From Alteromonadales bacterium (GTDB lineage: Bacteria > Pseudomonadota > Gammaproteobacteria > Enterobacterales > GCA-2746155), in NCBI GenBank assembly GCA_964228485.1, contig CAXRAF010000023.1:1-38100 (forward strand): a DNA stretch of 38,100 bases, in the 5' to 3' direction. Position numbers and translations under genes: made by a program. The first letter of the stretch is position 1. Every line of letters starts with the position of its first letter. The notes beneath the pieces are model-generated. The model was not told the origin of the DNA, searched no databases, and saw only the letters and a list, made by a program, of their open reading frames with translations. Shown here in pieces: positions 26,169 to 37,285 of this stretch.

Positions 26169-27035
26169 CTAATCCGCGATGGGCTTAGTGCCTTTGGACT
26201 CGTTACTGGCCGACGCTATAAAGTAATTATAACTATCGGGTACGAGGGAGGCTATTTTACGTGCTTCGTCTTCATTTTTAAAGGGTGAAAACACGCTTGC
26301 TCCTGTCCCCGTCAGCCTTGCCAGACCATGCTCTGAGAGAAGGTTTAGTGCCTCATCAACCTCGGGATAGAGGCGTCTGACCACGTCTTCACAATCATTG
26401 CGATAATCTGCTAACTGGTCCCAGTTTAAGGGAGCGCGTATTCTGAGGCTTTTGCTATTTCTTGTCAATGCTGGATGAGAGAAAATTTGTGCTGTATTTA
26501 TACTAATTTTAGGGGTCACAACTAAAAACCAATCCTCAGGTGGTTGGCAAGGTGTCATGCGCTCTCCAACTCCCTCGGCAAAGCAGGCTTTTCCTGCGAT
26601 AAACACAGGTACATCAGCGCCTAACTGTAGTGCTAAAGTTAACAACTGCTCCTCGCTAAAATCTCCCTGCCATAGTTCATTCAGAGCGAGCATCGTTGTC
26701 GCGGCATCACTACTACCACCGCCCATACCAGCACCCATTGGGATGCGTTTATTGAGTTGTATATCAACTCCATGAGGTCCTTCAGATTCGATATTATTTT
26801 GAATAACCTGAGCGGCTTTGACGATAAGATTATCCTCATTATTGACGCCAAATAATGGTGTAGTGAGATTGATTTTATTGTCATCACGACGGGTGAAGGT
26901 TAATTCATCACCGAAGTCCAGAAACTGGAAGATCGTTTCCAAATTATGATACCCATCAATGCGTCGATCGAGGATGTGTAAAAAGAGATTTAGTTTAGCA
27001 GGAGCTAACCAGTGCTGAGTTATAGGGCTTGCCAT
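26169..27035 (-). CDS. ispE: 4-diphosphocytidyl-2-C-methyl-D-erythritol kinase
   Basis: APAKLNLFLHI N-terminus and the GHMP kinase motif IPMGAGMGGGSSDAA. Confidence 0.94.
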   Translation of the reverse strand: MASPITQHWLAPAKLNLFLHILDRRIDGYHNLETIFQFLDFGDELTFTRRDDNKINLTTPLFGVNNEDNLIVKAAQVIQNNIESEGPHGVDIQLNKRIPMGAGMGGGSSDAATTMLALNELWQGDFSEEQLLTLALQLGADVPVFIAGKACFAEGVGERMTPCQPPEDWFLVVTPKISINTAQIFSHPALTRNSKSLRIRAPLNWDQLADYRNDCEDVVRRLYPEVDEALNLLSEHGLARLTGTGASVFSPFKNEDEARKIASLVPDSYNYFIASASNESKGTKPIAD

Positions 27036-27625
27036 GTTTTGATTGCTAATTTAATGGTTTCACGTTCATTGGTTACTGTTAATCGAGCAGGTAACTGCAC
27101 ATTCTCATAGTCCGGGTAGTCGTCATATTTTCTGTATGTGACTTGCCAGTTCTGAAAACTCATCGCTTGTATCATGCCACTTTCATTAATACGAATACTT
27201 GGCTGTGTAGATGAGGTTGGATAGGCTTTTATCCAATCTGTCAAAAGCGCCACTGGAATGGTAAAGCCCAACTGACTCCACATCAGGGCATCGATATTTC
27301 TGGCTTGAACAGGCGCACTATCCTGCACCGTCAATGTGGCATAATCTGGAAATATCTCCAGTAGGGCATATTGCTGTCCTAACATACCCGTAATCTCCAG
27401 ACGTTGGTAGCCTTCTTCTCGCCGCCAGGCAAAACTGGCAGAGAAGGCATCTTCTGTAGTTTGTACTGAGATACGACCCTTTATATACCAATAGTTGACC
27501 TCTGAGAGATCACTCAGCTGTGACTGATACTGAGGTATTGTCTCAGTACTGATTGGTTGCGGCGGATTGCTGGCACAGCTAGCTAGTAGCAGTATCCCTG
27601 TGCTGATAATGAGTCGTTTAATCAT
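27020..27625 (-). CDS. lolB: outer-membrane lipoprotein LolB
   Basis: Lipobox LLASC, size and position (upstream of ispE), and the GRISVQT...FSASFAWR pattern. Confidence 0.85.
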   Translation of the reverse strand: MIKRLIISTGILLLASCASNPPQPISTETIPQYQSQLSDLSEVNYWYIKGRISVQTTEDAFSASFAWRREEGYQRLEITGMLGQQYALLEIFPDYATLTVQDSAPVQARNIDALMWSQLGFTIPVALLTDWIKAYPTSSTQPSIRINESGMIQAMSFQNWQVTYRKYDDYPDYENVQLPARLTVTNERETIKLAIKTWQAL

Positions 27626-29513
27626 TGGCAGATTTTAGCAGATTGGTAGCATCCAGTTGCAATGCTTTTAGCGGAACACTGTCAGGAAATGACTCGAGTG
27701 CTTCGTTCAACATTTGTCTGGCCTCTTCATGACGATCTTGGGCCTGATAAACTTCGATAAGATGCGCCTTAATGGTTGGCTCGTTGGTATATGCATTTGC
27801 CCGAGTGAGTAATGCTTCTGCTGCACTGAGATCCCCCTGTTTGAATCTCAGCCAGCCCATGCTGTCCAGGTAGGCAGCACTATCTGGATTTGAGTCGAGC
27901 GCTTGATTCAATAATTTTTCAGCAGTCACTAATTGTTTACCCTCCAGAACATAGGTGTAACCCAGCGCATTCTGAATATCATGCCGCTCTGGATTTTGTT
28001 CAAGCAGCTGATGTAATTGCTTGGTGGCGGTAGCAAAGTTCCCGGCCATGGCATGAGCTAAACTATGTAAGAGTGTATATTTTTCAGTGTCTGGCAGGAT
28101 AATGGTTTGTGCTTCGACCAGTGTCACTGCCTGTTGGCCATATTCCTGCTCCATCAGGTGGTATAGGGTTGAGGTAATCAGCTGCCGCTTTTGAGTGTCA
28201 TTGATTAAACCCGACAGGCTCGCTTCAAGATTTGCCATGATGCGATCAACATACCCCTGATCAATCAACCACTGCATTCGCAGAACCTGTAAGCGTAAGT
28301 GTGTCGGAAAATCATCCGCAAGCGACACAAGCTCTTGGGTTGCCTTTAACTTCTCCCCGGCATTGTTGTACAAATCTATTTGTGCCAACTTAATCGCCAT
28401 TCGATTTTCAGGCTGTTCATCCAGCAGATCATATAGGCCATTAATCGCCACCATAAGGTCATCTTGTGCAACCAGTTGCCAATAATTTAATTGTGCTGGC
28501 AGGTATTCTTCAGAGGGTGTGACCGAGCTCAGGAATTCCATGGCTTGTTCTGTATTGCCAGACTCCATCGCAATCATCCCGAGATAGTAGAACGCCAGAT
28601 TGCGAAGAGGTTGATAGACCAAAATTTTCTCAAACCAAATCTGACTTTTATCGAGTTCGCGTTCGGCGTAATAGCTTGCCGCGAGTAGGTACTGAGCATT
28701 GCGGTTTTTGGGGGATTGTAACAATAGACTCTCAAGTTGCGTGATCGCCGAAGCAAAATTGCTCTGATCGTAATAAATACTGGCCAACTCGTAACGGCTT
28801 TGTACATCATTGGGCTCCAGTGTCAGCAATTGCTCATAGGTTTGTTGCGCTAGAGGCAGCTGCTGTGTCATGCGGTATAGCTCAGCAAGGGCTCTAAGGT
28901 CGCGAATATCCGAGAGGGGGCCAATATGCTCAAAACATCTGATTGCCTCTGCTGCTTGACTGCTTCTTGCTAACAAATGACATGACAACTGGTTGATTGT
29001 CCGATTATTGGCATCTTGCGCTTGTAGTTCGCTGACCAGTAGTAATTGCGCGCCAACATTTAAACATGCCATGGTAGCTCGGAGCACATTGATGTCATCG
29101 ATATTTTTAAATGCATTACTAGCAGACGACGTCTGCTGCTCGTTGCCATTACAAATATCCTCTTTGGCGAGCGCTAATAGTGCATCTGAACTTTGTGGAT
29201 AATTATCATTCCAGCGCTGAATTAATTGATACCGATATACATCATGCTTACGTTTGTTGAGCAGGGATACCAAGTGGGCATAATTCTGATTACTGAGACC
29301 CGAATCAGTTAGTTGCTCAATGATCTCATAGGCTTGCTTATCTTGATTTCTCCTGAGTGCTAACTCGATTAAAATATAGTCTCTGATTTGCGATGCGCCA
29401 TCCTCGTTAGCCGGCTCTCGTGCTGCACAACTGGCACACAATAAGACCACTAAAAGACATGTTTTAGTCAATATCACGCGAAGTTTTTGAACCTGATCAA
29501 TCATTATCAGCAT
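27618..29513 (-). CDS. TPR-repeat protein with N-terminal signal sequence
   Basis: Repeated TPR-like helices (for example AEALLTRANAY, YLDSMGWLRFKQGDL). Occupies the conserved position upstream of lolB, opposite hemA. Confidence 0.8.
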   Translation of the reverse strand: MLIMIDQVQKLRVILTKTCLLVVLLCASCAAREPANEDGASQIRDYILIELALRRNQDKQAYEIIEQLTDSGLSNQNYAHLVSLLNKRKHDVYRYQLIQRWNDNYPQSSDALLALAKEDICNGNEQQTSSASNAFKNIDDINVLRATMACLNVGAQLLLVSELQAQDANNRTINQLSCHLLARSSQAAEAIRCFEHIGPLSDIRDLRALAELYRMTQQLPLAQQTYEQLLTLEPNDVQSRYELASIYYDQSNFASAITQLESLLLQSPKNRNAQYLLAASYYAERELDKSQIWFEKILVYQPLRNLAFYYLGMIAMESGNTEQAMEFLSSVTPSEEYLPAQLNYWQLVAQDDLMVAINGLYDLLDEQPENRMAIKLAQIDLYNNAGEKLKATQELVSLADDFPTHLRLQVLRMQWLIDQGYVDRIMANLEASLSGLINDTQKRQLITSTLYHLMEQEYGQQAVTLVEAQTIILPDTEKYTLLHSLAHAMAGNFATATKQLHQLLEQNPERHDIQNALGYTYVLEGKQLVTAEKLLNQALDSNPDSAAYLDSMGWLRFKQGDLSAAEALLTRANAYTNEPTIKAHLIEVYQAQDRHEEARQMLNEALESFPDSVPLKALQLDATNLLKSAND

Positions 29514-29620
29514 AATCTACATCAAGATGGTTAAATTTGAGTGAGGGCGCACATAGCAAGTATCGCATACTTTGCTACACTTGATATAATACGCATGAGC
29601 TTTTAAGACGATATATTTGC

Positions 29621-30883
29621 ATGACACTTGTTGCATTTGGCATAAATCATAAGACGGCGCCTATAGAGGTACGTGAGAAGATTGCTTTCTCACCCACCGA
29701 GATTCCAGAGGCGTTGCAGGCTCTGCTGCGTCTGCCAAATTCTGCAGAGGTTGCCTTATTATCGACCTGTAATCGTACCGAGCTTTATCTGCGTCTTGAA
29801 GGTGAAGATCTAAGCCACATTTTTAACTGGCTCGAGCAACATAAATCCCTGACGCGTGATGAATTGAACGCTTATCACTACCTCTATCAGGGTGAACAGG
29901 CTGTCGCACATATGATGAAGGTTGCCTGTGGTCTCGACTCCATGGTACTCGGGGAGCCGCAAATACTGGGTCAGTTAAAACAGTCATTCAAAGCCGCGCG
30001 AAATACCGGCACGATTGGTACTTATCTGGAGCGCACATTTCAGCAATCATTTTCGGTGGCGAAAACGGTGCGAACTGAAACGGATATAGGAGCCAGTGCC
30101 GTCTCTGTTGCATACGCGGCAGTGACACTTGCGAAACGCTTATTCAGCAAACTCAACTCCTTGAACATTTTACTCATCGGTGCCGGAGAAACGATTGAGC
30201 TCGTCGCTAAGCACTTTGACGAAGTTGCTGATATGAATATGATTGTCGCCAATCGCTCTCGTGAGCGAGCGGCTAAACTTGCTAATCAGTATCAGGCCGA
30301 GATGATTACTCTGACAGAAATTCCAGCCCATCTTCATCGAGCTGATATTGTCATATCGTCGACAGCGAGCCCACTGCCGATTCTTGGTAAAGGGTTGGTG
30401 GAAAAAGTCATCAAAGAACGTAAACACCAACCCATGTTTATGATTGATCTGGCAGTGCCTCGGGATATCGAAAATGAAGTCAGAGAATTAGCTGATGTGT
30501 ATCTTTATGACGTCGATGATTTACAGGATATCATTCAGGAAAACATTAAAGTCCGCGAATCGGCAGCAGAGCAAGCTAAACTGATCATTTCAGAGCAGAG
30601 CGAACATTATATGAGCTGGCAACGTTCACTGGATGCTGTATCAACCATCAAGACCTTCCGCAATAAGTATCAAAGTCTTGCTGAGAAGGAACTGCAGCGA
30701 AGTCTATCGCGACTGGAGCAGGGCGAAGCCCCCGAAGCTTTGTTGAAGGAGCTGAGTCACAGATTAACCAACAAGTTTTTGCACGAACCCACGCGTCAAC
30801 TTAATGATGCCAGCGGTCAGGGCAAAACTGATTCACTCCTGATAGCACGGGATCTGTTTTCGCTCGAAAAGAAAAAGCCTTAG
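29621..30883 (+). CDS. hemA: glutamyl-tRNA reductase
   Basis: MTLVAFGINHKTAPIEVREKIAF, LSTCNRTELY (catalytic Cys) and the NADPH site LLIGAGETIE. Confidence 0.96.
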   Translation: MTLVAFGINHKTAPIEVREKIAFSPTEIPEALQALLRLPNSAEVALLSTCNRTELYLRLEGEDLSHIFNWLEQHKSLTRDELNAYHYLYQGEQAVAHMMKVACGLDSMVLGEPQILGQLKQSFKAARNTGTIGTYLERTFQQSFSVAKTVRTETDIGASAVSVAYAAVTLAKRLFSKLNSLNILLIGAGETIELVAKHFDEVADMNMIVANRSRERAAKLANQYQAEMITLTEIPAHLHRADIVISSTASPLPILGKGLVEKVIKERKHQPMFMIDLAVPRDIENEVRELADVYLYDVDDLQDIIQENIKVRESAAEQAKLIISEQSEHYMSWQRSLDAVSTIKTFRNKYQSLAEKELQRSLSRLEQGEAPEALLKELSHRLTNKFLHEPTRQLNDASGQGKTDSLLIARDLFSLEKKKP

Positions 30884-30946
30884 ATTCTTCTAAAACACGA
30901 AGCATCAACCTATCATCTCAGACCAGACCCTTGTAGTATACGCCCT

Positions 30947-32038
30947 ATGAAACAATCGATATTTGAAAAGCTAACCATTCTCGAAGAGCGTCACGAGGAA
31001 GTGGGGCATTTATTAGGTGATCCTGAGGTACTATCAGACCAAAACCGATTCCGGGATCTCTCGCAAGAGTATGCCAAGCTGGAAGAGGTCGTGAAAACAT
31101 TTGGCCAGTATCGAGAAGCACAAGAGAATTTATCCTCAGCGGAAGAAATGCTCAAGGATGATGATCCTGATATCAGAGAAATGGCGCAGGAAGAGTTAAA
31201 AGAGTCGAAAGCCAGTATAGAGGCTTTGGATACGTCTTTGCAGACCTTGTTGCTGCCTGAAGATCCCAATGATAGTAAGAACACATTCCTGGAAATCCGT
31301 GCCGGAACCGGTGGTGATGAGGCGGCTATTTTTGCCGGCGATCTATTCCGCATGTACAGCCGCTATGCAGAAAAGTGTAACTGGACACTGGAAGTGCTCA
31401 GTGAGCATGAGGGTGAGCACGGGGGATATAAGGAAATCATTACCCGAGTGGTCGGTAATAATGTCTACTCAAAGCTAAAATTTGAGTCCGGTGCGCATCG
31501 TGTTCAACGCGTGCCAGAAACCGAGTCTCAAGGCCGAATTCATACCTCTGCCTGCACCGTGGTAATCATGCCAGAGGCCGATGAAGTTGATGCTCCTGAT
31601 ATTAACCCGGCTGACCTTCGGATTGACACTTTTCGTGCATCAGGCGCGGGTGGGCAGCACGTGAATAAAACCGATTCAGCGATTCGTATTACGCATCTGC
31701 CAAGCGGTGTTGTTGTTGAATGTCAGGATGAGCGCTCGCAACATAAAAATAGAGCACGGGCCATGTCCATGCTTGCTTCCAGACTGTTGCAGGCAGCAGA
31801 ATCAGCGCAACAGGCAGAGCAGGAAGCGACGCGTCGTAATCTTGTCGGTACCGGTGATCGTTCCGATCGAATCCGCACCTATAACTACCCTCAAGGCCGA
31901 GTGACTGATCATCGTATCAACTTAACCCTCTATAAACTTGATGAAATCATGGAAGGTGATTTAGATCCTGTCTTAGGGCCTTTAACACAAGAGCATCAAG
32001 CAGACCTACTTGCGCAACTATCTGAGGGAGATGAGTAA
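30947..32038 (+). CDS. prfA: peptide chain release factor 1
   Basis: PET tripeptide context ([17 protein letters not shown]) and the GGQ motif [14 protein letters not shown]. Confidence 0.97.
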   Translation: MKQSIFEKLTILEERHEEVGHLLGDPEVLSDQNRFRDLSQEYAKLEEVVKTFGQYREAQENLSSAEEMLKDDDPDIREMAQEELKESKASIEALDTSLQTLLLPEDPNDSKNTFLEIRAGTGGDEAAIFAGDLFRMYSRYAEKCNWTLEVLSEHEGEHGGYKEIITRVVGNNVYSKLKFESGAHRVQRVPETESQGRIHTSACTVVIMPEADEVDAPDINPADLRIDTFRASGAGGQHVNKTDSAIRITHLPSGVVVECQDERSQHKNRARAMSMLASRLLQAAESAQQAEQEATRRNLVGTGDRSDRIRTYNYPQGRVTDHRINLTLYKLDEIMEGDLDPVLGPLTQEHQADLLAQLSEGDE

Positions 32039-32882
32039 CTCAATCACCCGTAAAGCGTGGTTGTCATCAGCAGCGCAAGCACTCAGTCGAGTCTCTGACT
32101 CATCTCAACTCGATGCCAGACTATTACTCTGTCAGATATTAGATATTAGCAAGTCACAACTGTTAGCCTGGCCAGAGCTGACCATTAATACACAACAACA
32201 ATCTGCTTTACAAAAGCTGATAGATCGACGGTTGGCCGGTGAACCCATGGCTTATATTCTGGGTTCAGCTGAGTTTTGGGGGCTAGAATTGATGGTATCG
32301 CCGGCAGTATTAGTGCCGCGACCTGAAACTGAGCTGATTATTGAAATCACCTTAGAAACAATCACTGAGCAAGCACTATCAGCACCAACGATACTTGATC
32401 TGGGAACCGGTAGTGGTGCGATTGCACTTGCACTAGCATCTGAATTACCAGACGCTACTCTACTGGCAGTCGATGTTTCTGAGCCAGCGTTGCAGGTGGC
32501 TGAAGCCAATCGCAAGCGCCATGGATTTAGCAATGTGCGCATGATCCAGTCGAATTGGTTCGAGCGTATTGATCCCAATATGACCTTTGACTTCATTGTG
32601 AGTAACCCGCCTTATGTGGCAGAGGGCGACCCGCATCTGAGAGACTTAGCTCATGAGCCAGATCTGGCATTAACCGCTGCGGAAGAGGGCATGGCAGACA
32701 TACGACATCTGGCATCTACTGCACCAAAATTCCTAAAACCCGGAGGATGGCTGATTGTGGAGCATGGTTATAATCAAGGTGATATTACCAAAGCGCAGTT
32801 TCAGGCAGCGCAGTTCAGCAACGTCAACACGCGTCGAGATTTAGCCCAAGTGCAGCGCGTGACATTAGGACAATGGGCGTGA
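32031..32882 (+). CDS. prmC: release-factor glutamine N5-methyltransferase
   Basis: [16 protein letters not shown] motif I and the NPPY catalytic motif. ATG 32031 is preceded by GAGGGAG and overlaps the prfA stop (ATGAGTAA). Confidence 0.9.
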   Translation: MSNSITRKAWLSSAAQALSRVSDSSQLDARLLLCQILDISKSQLLAWPELTINTQQQSALQKLIDRRLAGEPMAYILGSAEFWGLELMVSPAVLVPRPETELIIEITLETITEQALSAPTILDLGTGSGAIALALASELPDATLLAVDVSEPALQVAEANRKRHGFSNVRMIQSNWFERIDPNMTFDFIVSNPPYVAEGDPHLRDLAHEPDLALTAAEEGMADIRHLASTAPKFLKPGGWLIVEHGYNQGDITKAQFQAAQFSNVNTRRDLAQVQRVTLGQWA

Positions 32883-32886
32883 TTTG

Positions 32887-33639
32887 ATGATGGATGATTC
32901 TCAACTTGCACGATATGCTCGGCAGATATTGCTCCCCGAAATTGATATTGAGGGACAGCAGCGCTTGAACACATCGACCATCATGATTGTTGGTATTGGT
33001 GGATTAGGGAATGTGGCGGCAATGGCGCTTGTGGGTGCTGGAATAGGCACGCTGCATTTGTGGGATGGTGATGAGGTAGAGTCATCAAACCTTCACCGAC
33101 AACCATTGTTTGATCAGGACGATATCGGTGGCAACAAAGCGCAAGCAGCGGCACGACAACTAAAGGCGCTGAATCCGGATTGTCTGATCAACTGCCATGA
33201 GCACTTCACCGAACTGTCACAGGCCTTAGCGATTGCACAACAATGCGATCTGATTCTCGACTGCACTGATAACAGACAAACTCGTATGTTAGTCAACCAA
33301 CTGGCGATACACACTAATACTCCATTGATCATTGGCGCCGCGATTCGATTTGAAGGACAGTTAATTACCTTACTCAATCAGGGTGGGCCCTGTTATGAAT
33401 GTGTGTCAGCACAAATGACTATCAGTGACGTGGCTTGTCGTGATGTGGGCATATTGAACACTCAGGTCATGATCATCGGCCTTTATCAGGCACATGTCGC
33501 TTTAAAACACCTTTTAGACGTGAAATCTATTGCAGACGGCCAGTTGTTGCTAATGGACGGTAAACAAGATGATTGGCAGAGCTTTATGATCACCAAGTCT
33601 GAGAATTGTCCAACCTGTCATATTGATAAGGTAAACTAA
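32887..33639 (+). CDS. moeB: molybdopterin-synthase adenylyltransferase (HesA/MoeB/ThiF family)
   Basis: RYARQILLPEIDIEGQQRL, the nucleotide loop VGIGGLGN, and CYECV...CPTC zinc-site cysteines. Its position after prmC is as in Pseudomonas. Confidence 0.85.
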   Translation: MMDDSQLARYARQILLPEIDIEGQQRLNTSTIMIVGIGGLGNVAAMALVGAGIGTLHLWDGDEVESSNLHRQPLFDQDDIGGNKAQAAARQLKALNPDCLINCHEHFTELSQALAIAQQCDLILDCTDNRQTRMLVNQLAIHTNTPLIIGAAIRFEGQLITLLNQGGPCYECVSAQMTISDVACRDVGILNTQVMIIGLYQAHVALKHLLDVKSIADGQLLLMDGKQDDWQSFMITKSENCPTCHIDKVN

Positions 33640-33697
33640 ACCTAAACACACTATAATAGCTTTAGTGCTAGAAAATATTTTTGGGAAAATGCATTAA

Positions 33698-34780
33698 ATG
33701 TCAGGAATCCGTATAGTCGGTTTTGTTATTCGATCAGTCATGATGGGCATGATTGCGGCTATCTTTTTATTCCTATTTTTTCCTGAATTACTCAAACCCA
33801 TCACAGAACCACAACCAGAAGAGACAGCGACAGAGCTCAAGTTAGAATCCTATGCCGACATTATTGAGCAGGTGTCGGATTCGATCGTGAATATTCGTCG
33901 TTTCAATATTGATAGAAATACCTTTTCTCCCACTCGGGGAAATCTTCGTGTCAGCGGTGGTTCAGGTGTAATTATCAGCGATATTGGCTATATCGTGACT
34001 AATTATCACGTTGTCGCGGGTGCAGAGGAACTCACCGTCGAGTTACGTGATGGGCGCACCGCAATACCTCAGGTGATTGGTTATGATGAGGCGACAGACT
34101 TGGCAGTATTAAAAATTAACCTGGATAATTTATCATTTCCAATCATTAATTCAGCCATTAGCAGTAGTGTCGGCGATGTTGTTTTTGCGATCGGTTATCC
34201 TTTCGGTGTTGGTCAGGTTTCTACCATGGGTATTGTCAGTTCGATGGGAAGTCAGTTTCGAGTGGCAGAGTATGAAGACTATATCTACGCCGATGTAAGT
34301 ACATTCCCGGGTAATTCTGGTGGTGCCTTAATCAATACCAAAGGCGATTTGATCGGTATCGTTTCTTCCAGAATCGAAAACACAACCATGAGTTTTGCGA
34401 TATCAACAAAACTAACCATGGATGTGGTCGAACAGATTGTCGAAAATGGCCGTGTTATTCGAGGCTGGTTGGGCTTCAGTGGTAGTCCACTAAACCGTGA
34501 AGATCGCGAGAAGTATGGTGATTCCAGTTATCTTGTCAATGGCATCACGCTTGGCGGACCTGCTGATCAGGCCGGACTAAGAGTTGATGATATTGTCACG
34601 GCTCTTGATGGCAAAACAGTGGCCACTGCGATTGATATGCATCAATTAATTGCCTCGATTGAGCCCGGCAAGACTATTAATTTAGATATCATTCGTCAGG
34701 AGCAAAAACTGTCGCTTCAAATGTTGGTAGCTGAGCGACCAGAGAGTTCTAATCGCACACTGAACACGCTAAACCGTTAG
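33698..34780 (+). CDS. DegS/AlgW-like S1C serine endoprotease with a single PDZ domain
   Basis: N-terminal TM anchor. Catalytic triad contexts TNYHVV, DLAVLKI and PGNSGGALIN. C-terminal PDZ (GITLGGPADQAGLRVDDIV). Confidence 0.85.
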   Translation: MSGIRIVGFVIRSVMMGMIAAIFLFLFFPELLKPITEPQPEETATELKLESYADIIEQVSDSIVNIRRFNIDRNTFSPTRGNLRVSGGSGVIISDIGYIVTNYHVVAGAEELTVELRDGRTAIPQVIGYDEATDLAVLKINLDNLSFPIINSAISSSVGDVVFAIGYPFGVGQVSTMGIVSSMGSQFRVAEYEDYIYADVSTFPGNSGGALINTKGDLIGIVSSRIENTTMSFAISTKLTMDVVEQIVENGRVIRGWLGFSGSPLNREDREKYGDSSYLVNGITLGGPADQAGLRVDDIVTALDGKTVATAIDMHQLIASIEPGKTINLDIIRQEQKLSLQMLVAERPESSNRTLNTLNR

Positions 34781-35038
34781 TTAACCAACCAAAAATTTCT
34801 TAGCAGTCTGCCACTCATCCTGAGTGTAGGTCTTTATTCCGATTGCATGTAATTCGCCGGATGTGATCTGTTCATTGAGGTGTTGGTAGATCATCTGTTG
34901 ACGTTTAACCGGACGCAGGCCTTCGAAACTATCTGAGACTACAGTCACTTGGAAATGACTACCATCGCCAGTGCACTCTGGTATTTCTGCATTTTCGATA
35001 TTTTGTTCAAGTATGGTGACAATATCTTCGGGTGTCAT
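34781..35038 (-). CDS. ibaG: BolA-family protein IbaG
   Basis: GDGSHFQVTVVSDSFEGLRPVKRQQMIY...HAIGIKTYT closely parallels E. coli IbaG/YrbA. Lies downstream of the mla operon. Confidence 0.88.
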   Translation of the reverse strand: MTPEDIVTILEQNIENAEIPECTGDGSHFQVTVVSDSFEGLRPVKRQQMIYQHLNEQITSGELHAIGIKTYTQDEWQTAKKFLVG

Positions 35039-35116
35039 GACATCCTCAATTAATTTTTAATATTAAAAAGCACACAGCATCAGCCATTCTTTGCCTGTGT
35101 TTGTGTCTGTAAGTGG

Positions 35117-35416
35117 TTAATTAGATCGAATTGAGAGAATACCATCTAATTCGGATAAGTCTATCAGCTGTCGTACCTGCTTTGAACAATTGACCAACTC
35201 AATTTCACCATCGGTATTTTTATGCTGTGCAATTAAATTAACCAGATAGGCCAGCCCAGCGCTATCGAATAGCTCAAGCCCAGCCAGATCGAGAGTATAG
35301 GATTGTCCTGCATGCAGTGAAACCAGATCGGTCAGCTCGCGCTCGACACTCTCTTTGTTCAAATTACCATTGACAGAGATAGCAAACTGCTCATGATCTG
35401 TGGTGATAATGGTCAC
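35117..35416 (-). CDS. mlaB: STAS-domain lipid asymmetry maintenance protein MlaB
   Basis: About 99-aa STAS-like protein (LDLAGLELFDSAGLAYLVNL) directly after mlaC, with a 4-nt overlap. Confidence 0.8.
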   Translation of the reverse strand: MTIITTDHEQFAISVNGNLNKESVERELTDLVSLHAGQSYTLDLAGLELFDSAGLAYLVNLIAQHKNTDGEIELVNCSKQVRQLIDLSELDGILSIRSN

Positions 35417-36033
35417 TCGTTGCTGACCTGCTCAGTCTGCTTGTACTCTAACTTAGCAATGACCGTATCTAACCCGTCACGAGAAATACTATTACCAAAC
35501 TGCGTGCGATTGCTGATCACCAGGCTAATGCCCTCAATGACAACATCAATAATTTTCCAACTATCACGACTACGTTGCATAACATAATTAATAGGTACCG
35601 GCTCTCCAGCAGCAAGGTTCAGTTTAGTGCGAATCGTAACCCGACGTTCATTGGCAAAATCGGGTGCTTCCAGATATTCCACGGTTTCATCGGTGTACTC
35701 GGCAAAGGCATTTGAGTAAAAACGGATCATGTAGCCCTTGAACGCCGCCGCAAAGCGCTCCTTTTGCTCATCGGTTGCTGTCCGTGCGTACTTTCCCATC
35801 ACTTTGCGTGCAATGGTATTCGAGGCAATTTCTGGCAGCAAAACGCGCTCAACGATTTCGTTGACGATGGTTTTATCTTCACTAATCGCGACTCGTCTGT
35901 CGCGTAGTTCGGTCATCATTTGCTCTGTGGCTTTTTGTACTATTAGCTGCGGATTTGATTCCGCCAATACCGCTGATGAGAGCAGTAATATCGATATAGT
36001 TACAAGTTGCTGAATACGTTTAATCATGATCAA
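35413..36033 (-). CDS. mlaC: periplasmic phospholipid-binding protein MlaC (Ttg2D family)
   Basis: Signal peptide. The ...IARKVMGKYARTATDEQKERFAAAFKGYMIRFYSNAF pattern is typical of MlaC. Confidence 0.9.
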   Translation of the reverse strand: MIMIKRIQQLVTISILLLSSAVLAESNPQLIVQKATEQMMTELRDRRVAISEDKTIVNEIVERVLLPEIASNTIARKVMGKYARTATDEQKERFAAAFKGYMIRFYSNAFAEYTDETVEYLEAPDFANERRVTIRTKLNLAAGEPVPINYVMQRSRDSWKIIDVVIEGISLVISNRTQFGNSISRDGLDTVIAKLEYKQTEQVSNE

Positions 36034-36041
36034 ATAAACCT

Positions 36042-36503
36042 CTACAGATCATTACTTTCATTAAATAAGAACTTACCAATCAACTCTTCGATTACCAGAG
36101 CCGATTGCGTATCATATATTCGGTCACCATCCATCAGGAAGAGATCATCTCCCCCGGGTGATAATGACATAAATTGTTCACCCAAAAGACCCGCTGTGAG
36201 GATAGAGGCCGAGGTCTCCGTCGGCAGTTCATCGTACTCACTAAAGATAGCCATAGTGACCACGGGTGATAGTGTCTTTTTATCCAGATGAATATCCGAG
36301 ATGCGACCAATCAGAACGCCGCCCATTTTGACGGGTGATTTGACTCGTAATCCACCAATATTATCGAAATGCGCTGTCACAGAGTATGTTTCGCGCTCTG
36401 CAGACTCTGATATATTGCTTACTTGCACCGCTAATATCGCGATCGCCGCAAAACCAATCAGGATAAAAAATCCGATGATTATTTCTGTTTGTCTCTGACC
36501 CAT
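36042..36503 (-). CDS. mlaD: MCE-domain protein MlaD
   Basis: N-terminal TM anchor plus MCE domain (YSVTAHFDNIGGLRVKSPVKMGGVLIGRI). Confidence 0.9.
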   Translation of the reverse strand: MGQRQTEIIIGFFILIGFAAIAILAVQVSNISESAERETYSVTAHFDNIGGLRVKSPVKMGGVLIGRISDIHLDKKTLSPVVTMAIFSEYDELPTETSASILTAGLLGEQFMSLSPGGDDLFLMDGDRIYDTQSALVIEELIGKFLFNESNDL

Positions 36504-37285
36504 CAGACAATGTCTCCAAACATTAATGTAGTTAACAGAAAATCGAGTGCCAAAATTGCCAGTGAGGAGTGAACAACTGTTTGAGTCGTTGAACGACTGA
36601 TACCCTCAGAGGTTGGTACACAATCATATCCCCTGAATACTGCGATCCAGGTTACAAAAAATCCAAATACGCCGCTTTTAATAATGCCATTGATTACGTC
36701 ATTTTCCCAATCAACAGCTCCTTGCATGGCAGACCAAAAGCCACCCGAATCAACACCTAGCCAGTTAACTCCGACCAGACTGCCACCGATAATGGCAATT
36801 GCGCTGAATATGGCTGCTAATAGCGGCATTGCAATGATGCCAGCAAAAAATCTTGGTGCAATTATCCTGTGCACCGGATTAACGGCCATCATTTCCATGC
36901 TTGCTAATTGCTCAGTGGCCTTCATAAGACCAATTTCAGCTGTTAGTGCTGATCCTGCTCGTCCAGCGAATAACAATGCCGCAACCACCGGACCTAGCTC
37001 ACGCACAATACTCAAAGCAACGAGTGGGCCGAGGGCTGATTCAGCGCCAAATTTAACCAACGTGGTATAGCCCTGAAGACCTAAAACCATACCTATGAAC
37101 AATCCTGACACAGCAATTATTAACAAAGACTGAACGCCAATGGAATAAAGTTGCACATAGGTCAGATAAACATCTTTAAATCGAGGCAAGCGCAGGATGG
37201 ATTGCATAAGCAATTGACCTGCTCGACCAGCGGTTGCTACCGTATCCAGCGTTCTCGAGCCTAAACTTTGCGCCAACTTGATCAT
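36503..37285 (-). CDS. mlaE: ABC transporter permease MlaE
   Basis: Polytopic membrane protein with REL(G)[21 protein letters not shown], a motif characteristic of MlaE. Confidence 0.93.
   Translation of the reverse strand: MIKLAQSLGSRTLDTVATAGRAGQLLMQSILRLPRFKDVYLTYVQLYSIGVQSLLIIAVSGLFIGMVLGLQGYTTLVKFGAESALGPLVALSIVRELGPVVAALLFAGRAGSALTAEIGLMKATEQLASMEMMAVNPVHRIIAPRFFAGIIAMPLLAAIFSAIAIIGGSLVGVNWLGVDSGGFWSAMQGAVDWENDVINGIIKSGVFGFFVTWIAVFRGYDCVPTSEGISRSTTQTVVHSSLAILALDFLLTTLMFGDIV

Noticed and set aside
32010-32038. The prfA/prmC overlap (ATGAGTAA), checked as a possible recoding site.
   Set aside because: This is ordinary translational coupling. The gene is prfA (PET tripeptide), not prfB, and both frames are intact without a frameshift.
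34778-34783. Back-to-back stop codons of the convergent DegS-like and ibaG genes (TAG|TTA, zero intergenic nt), and the absence of murA downstream of ibaG.
   Set aside because: It is real in the sequence but reflects a local rearrangement of core genes relative to the E. coli and Pseudomonas order. It implies nothing beyond missing terminators and has low novelty.
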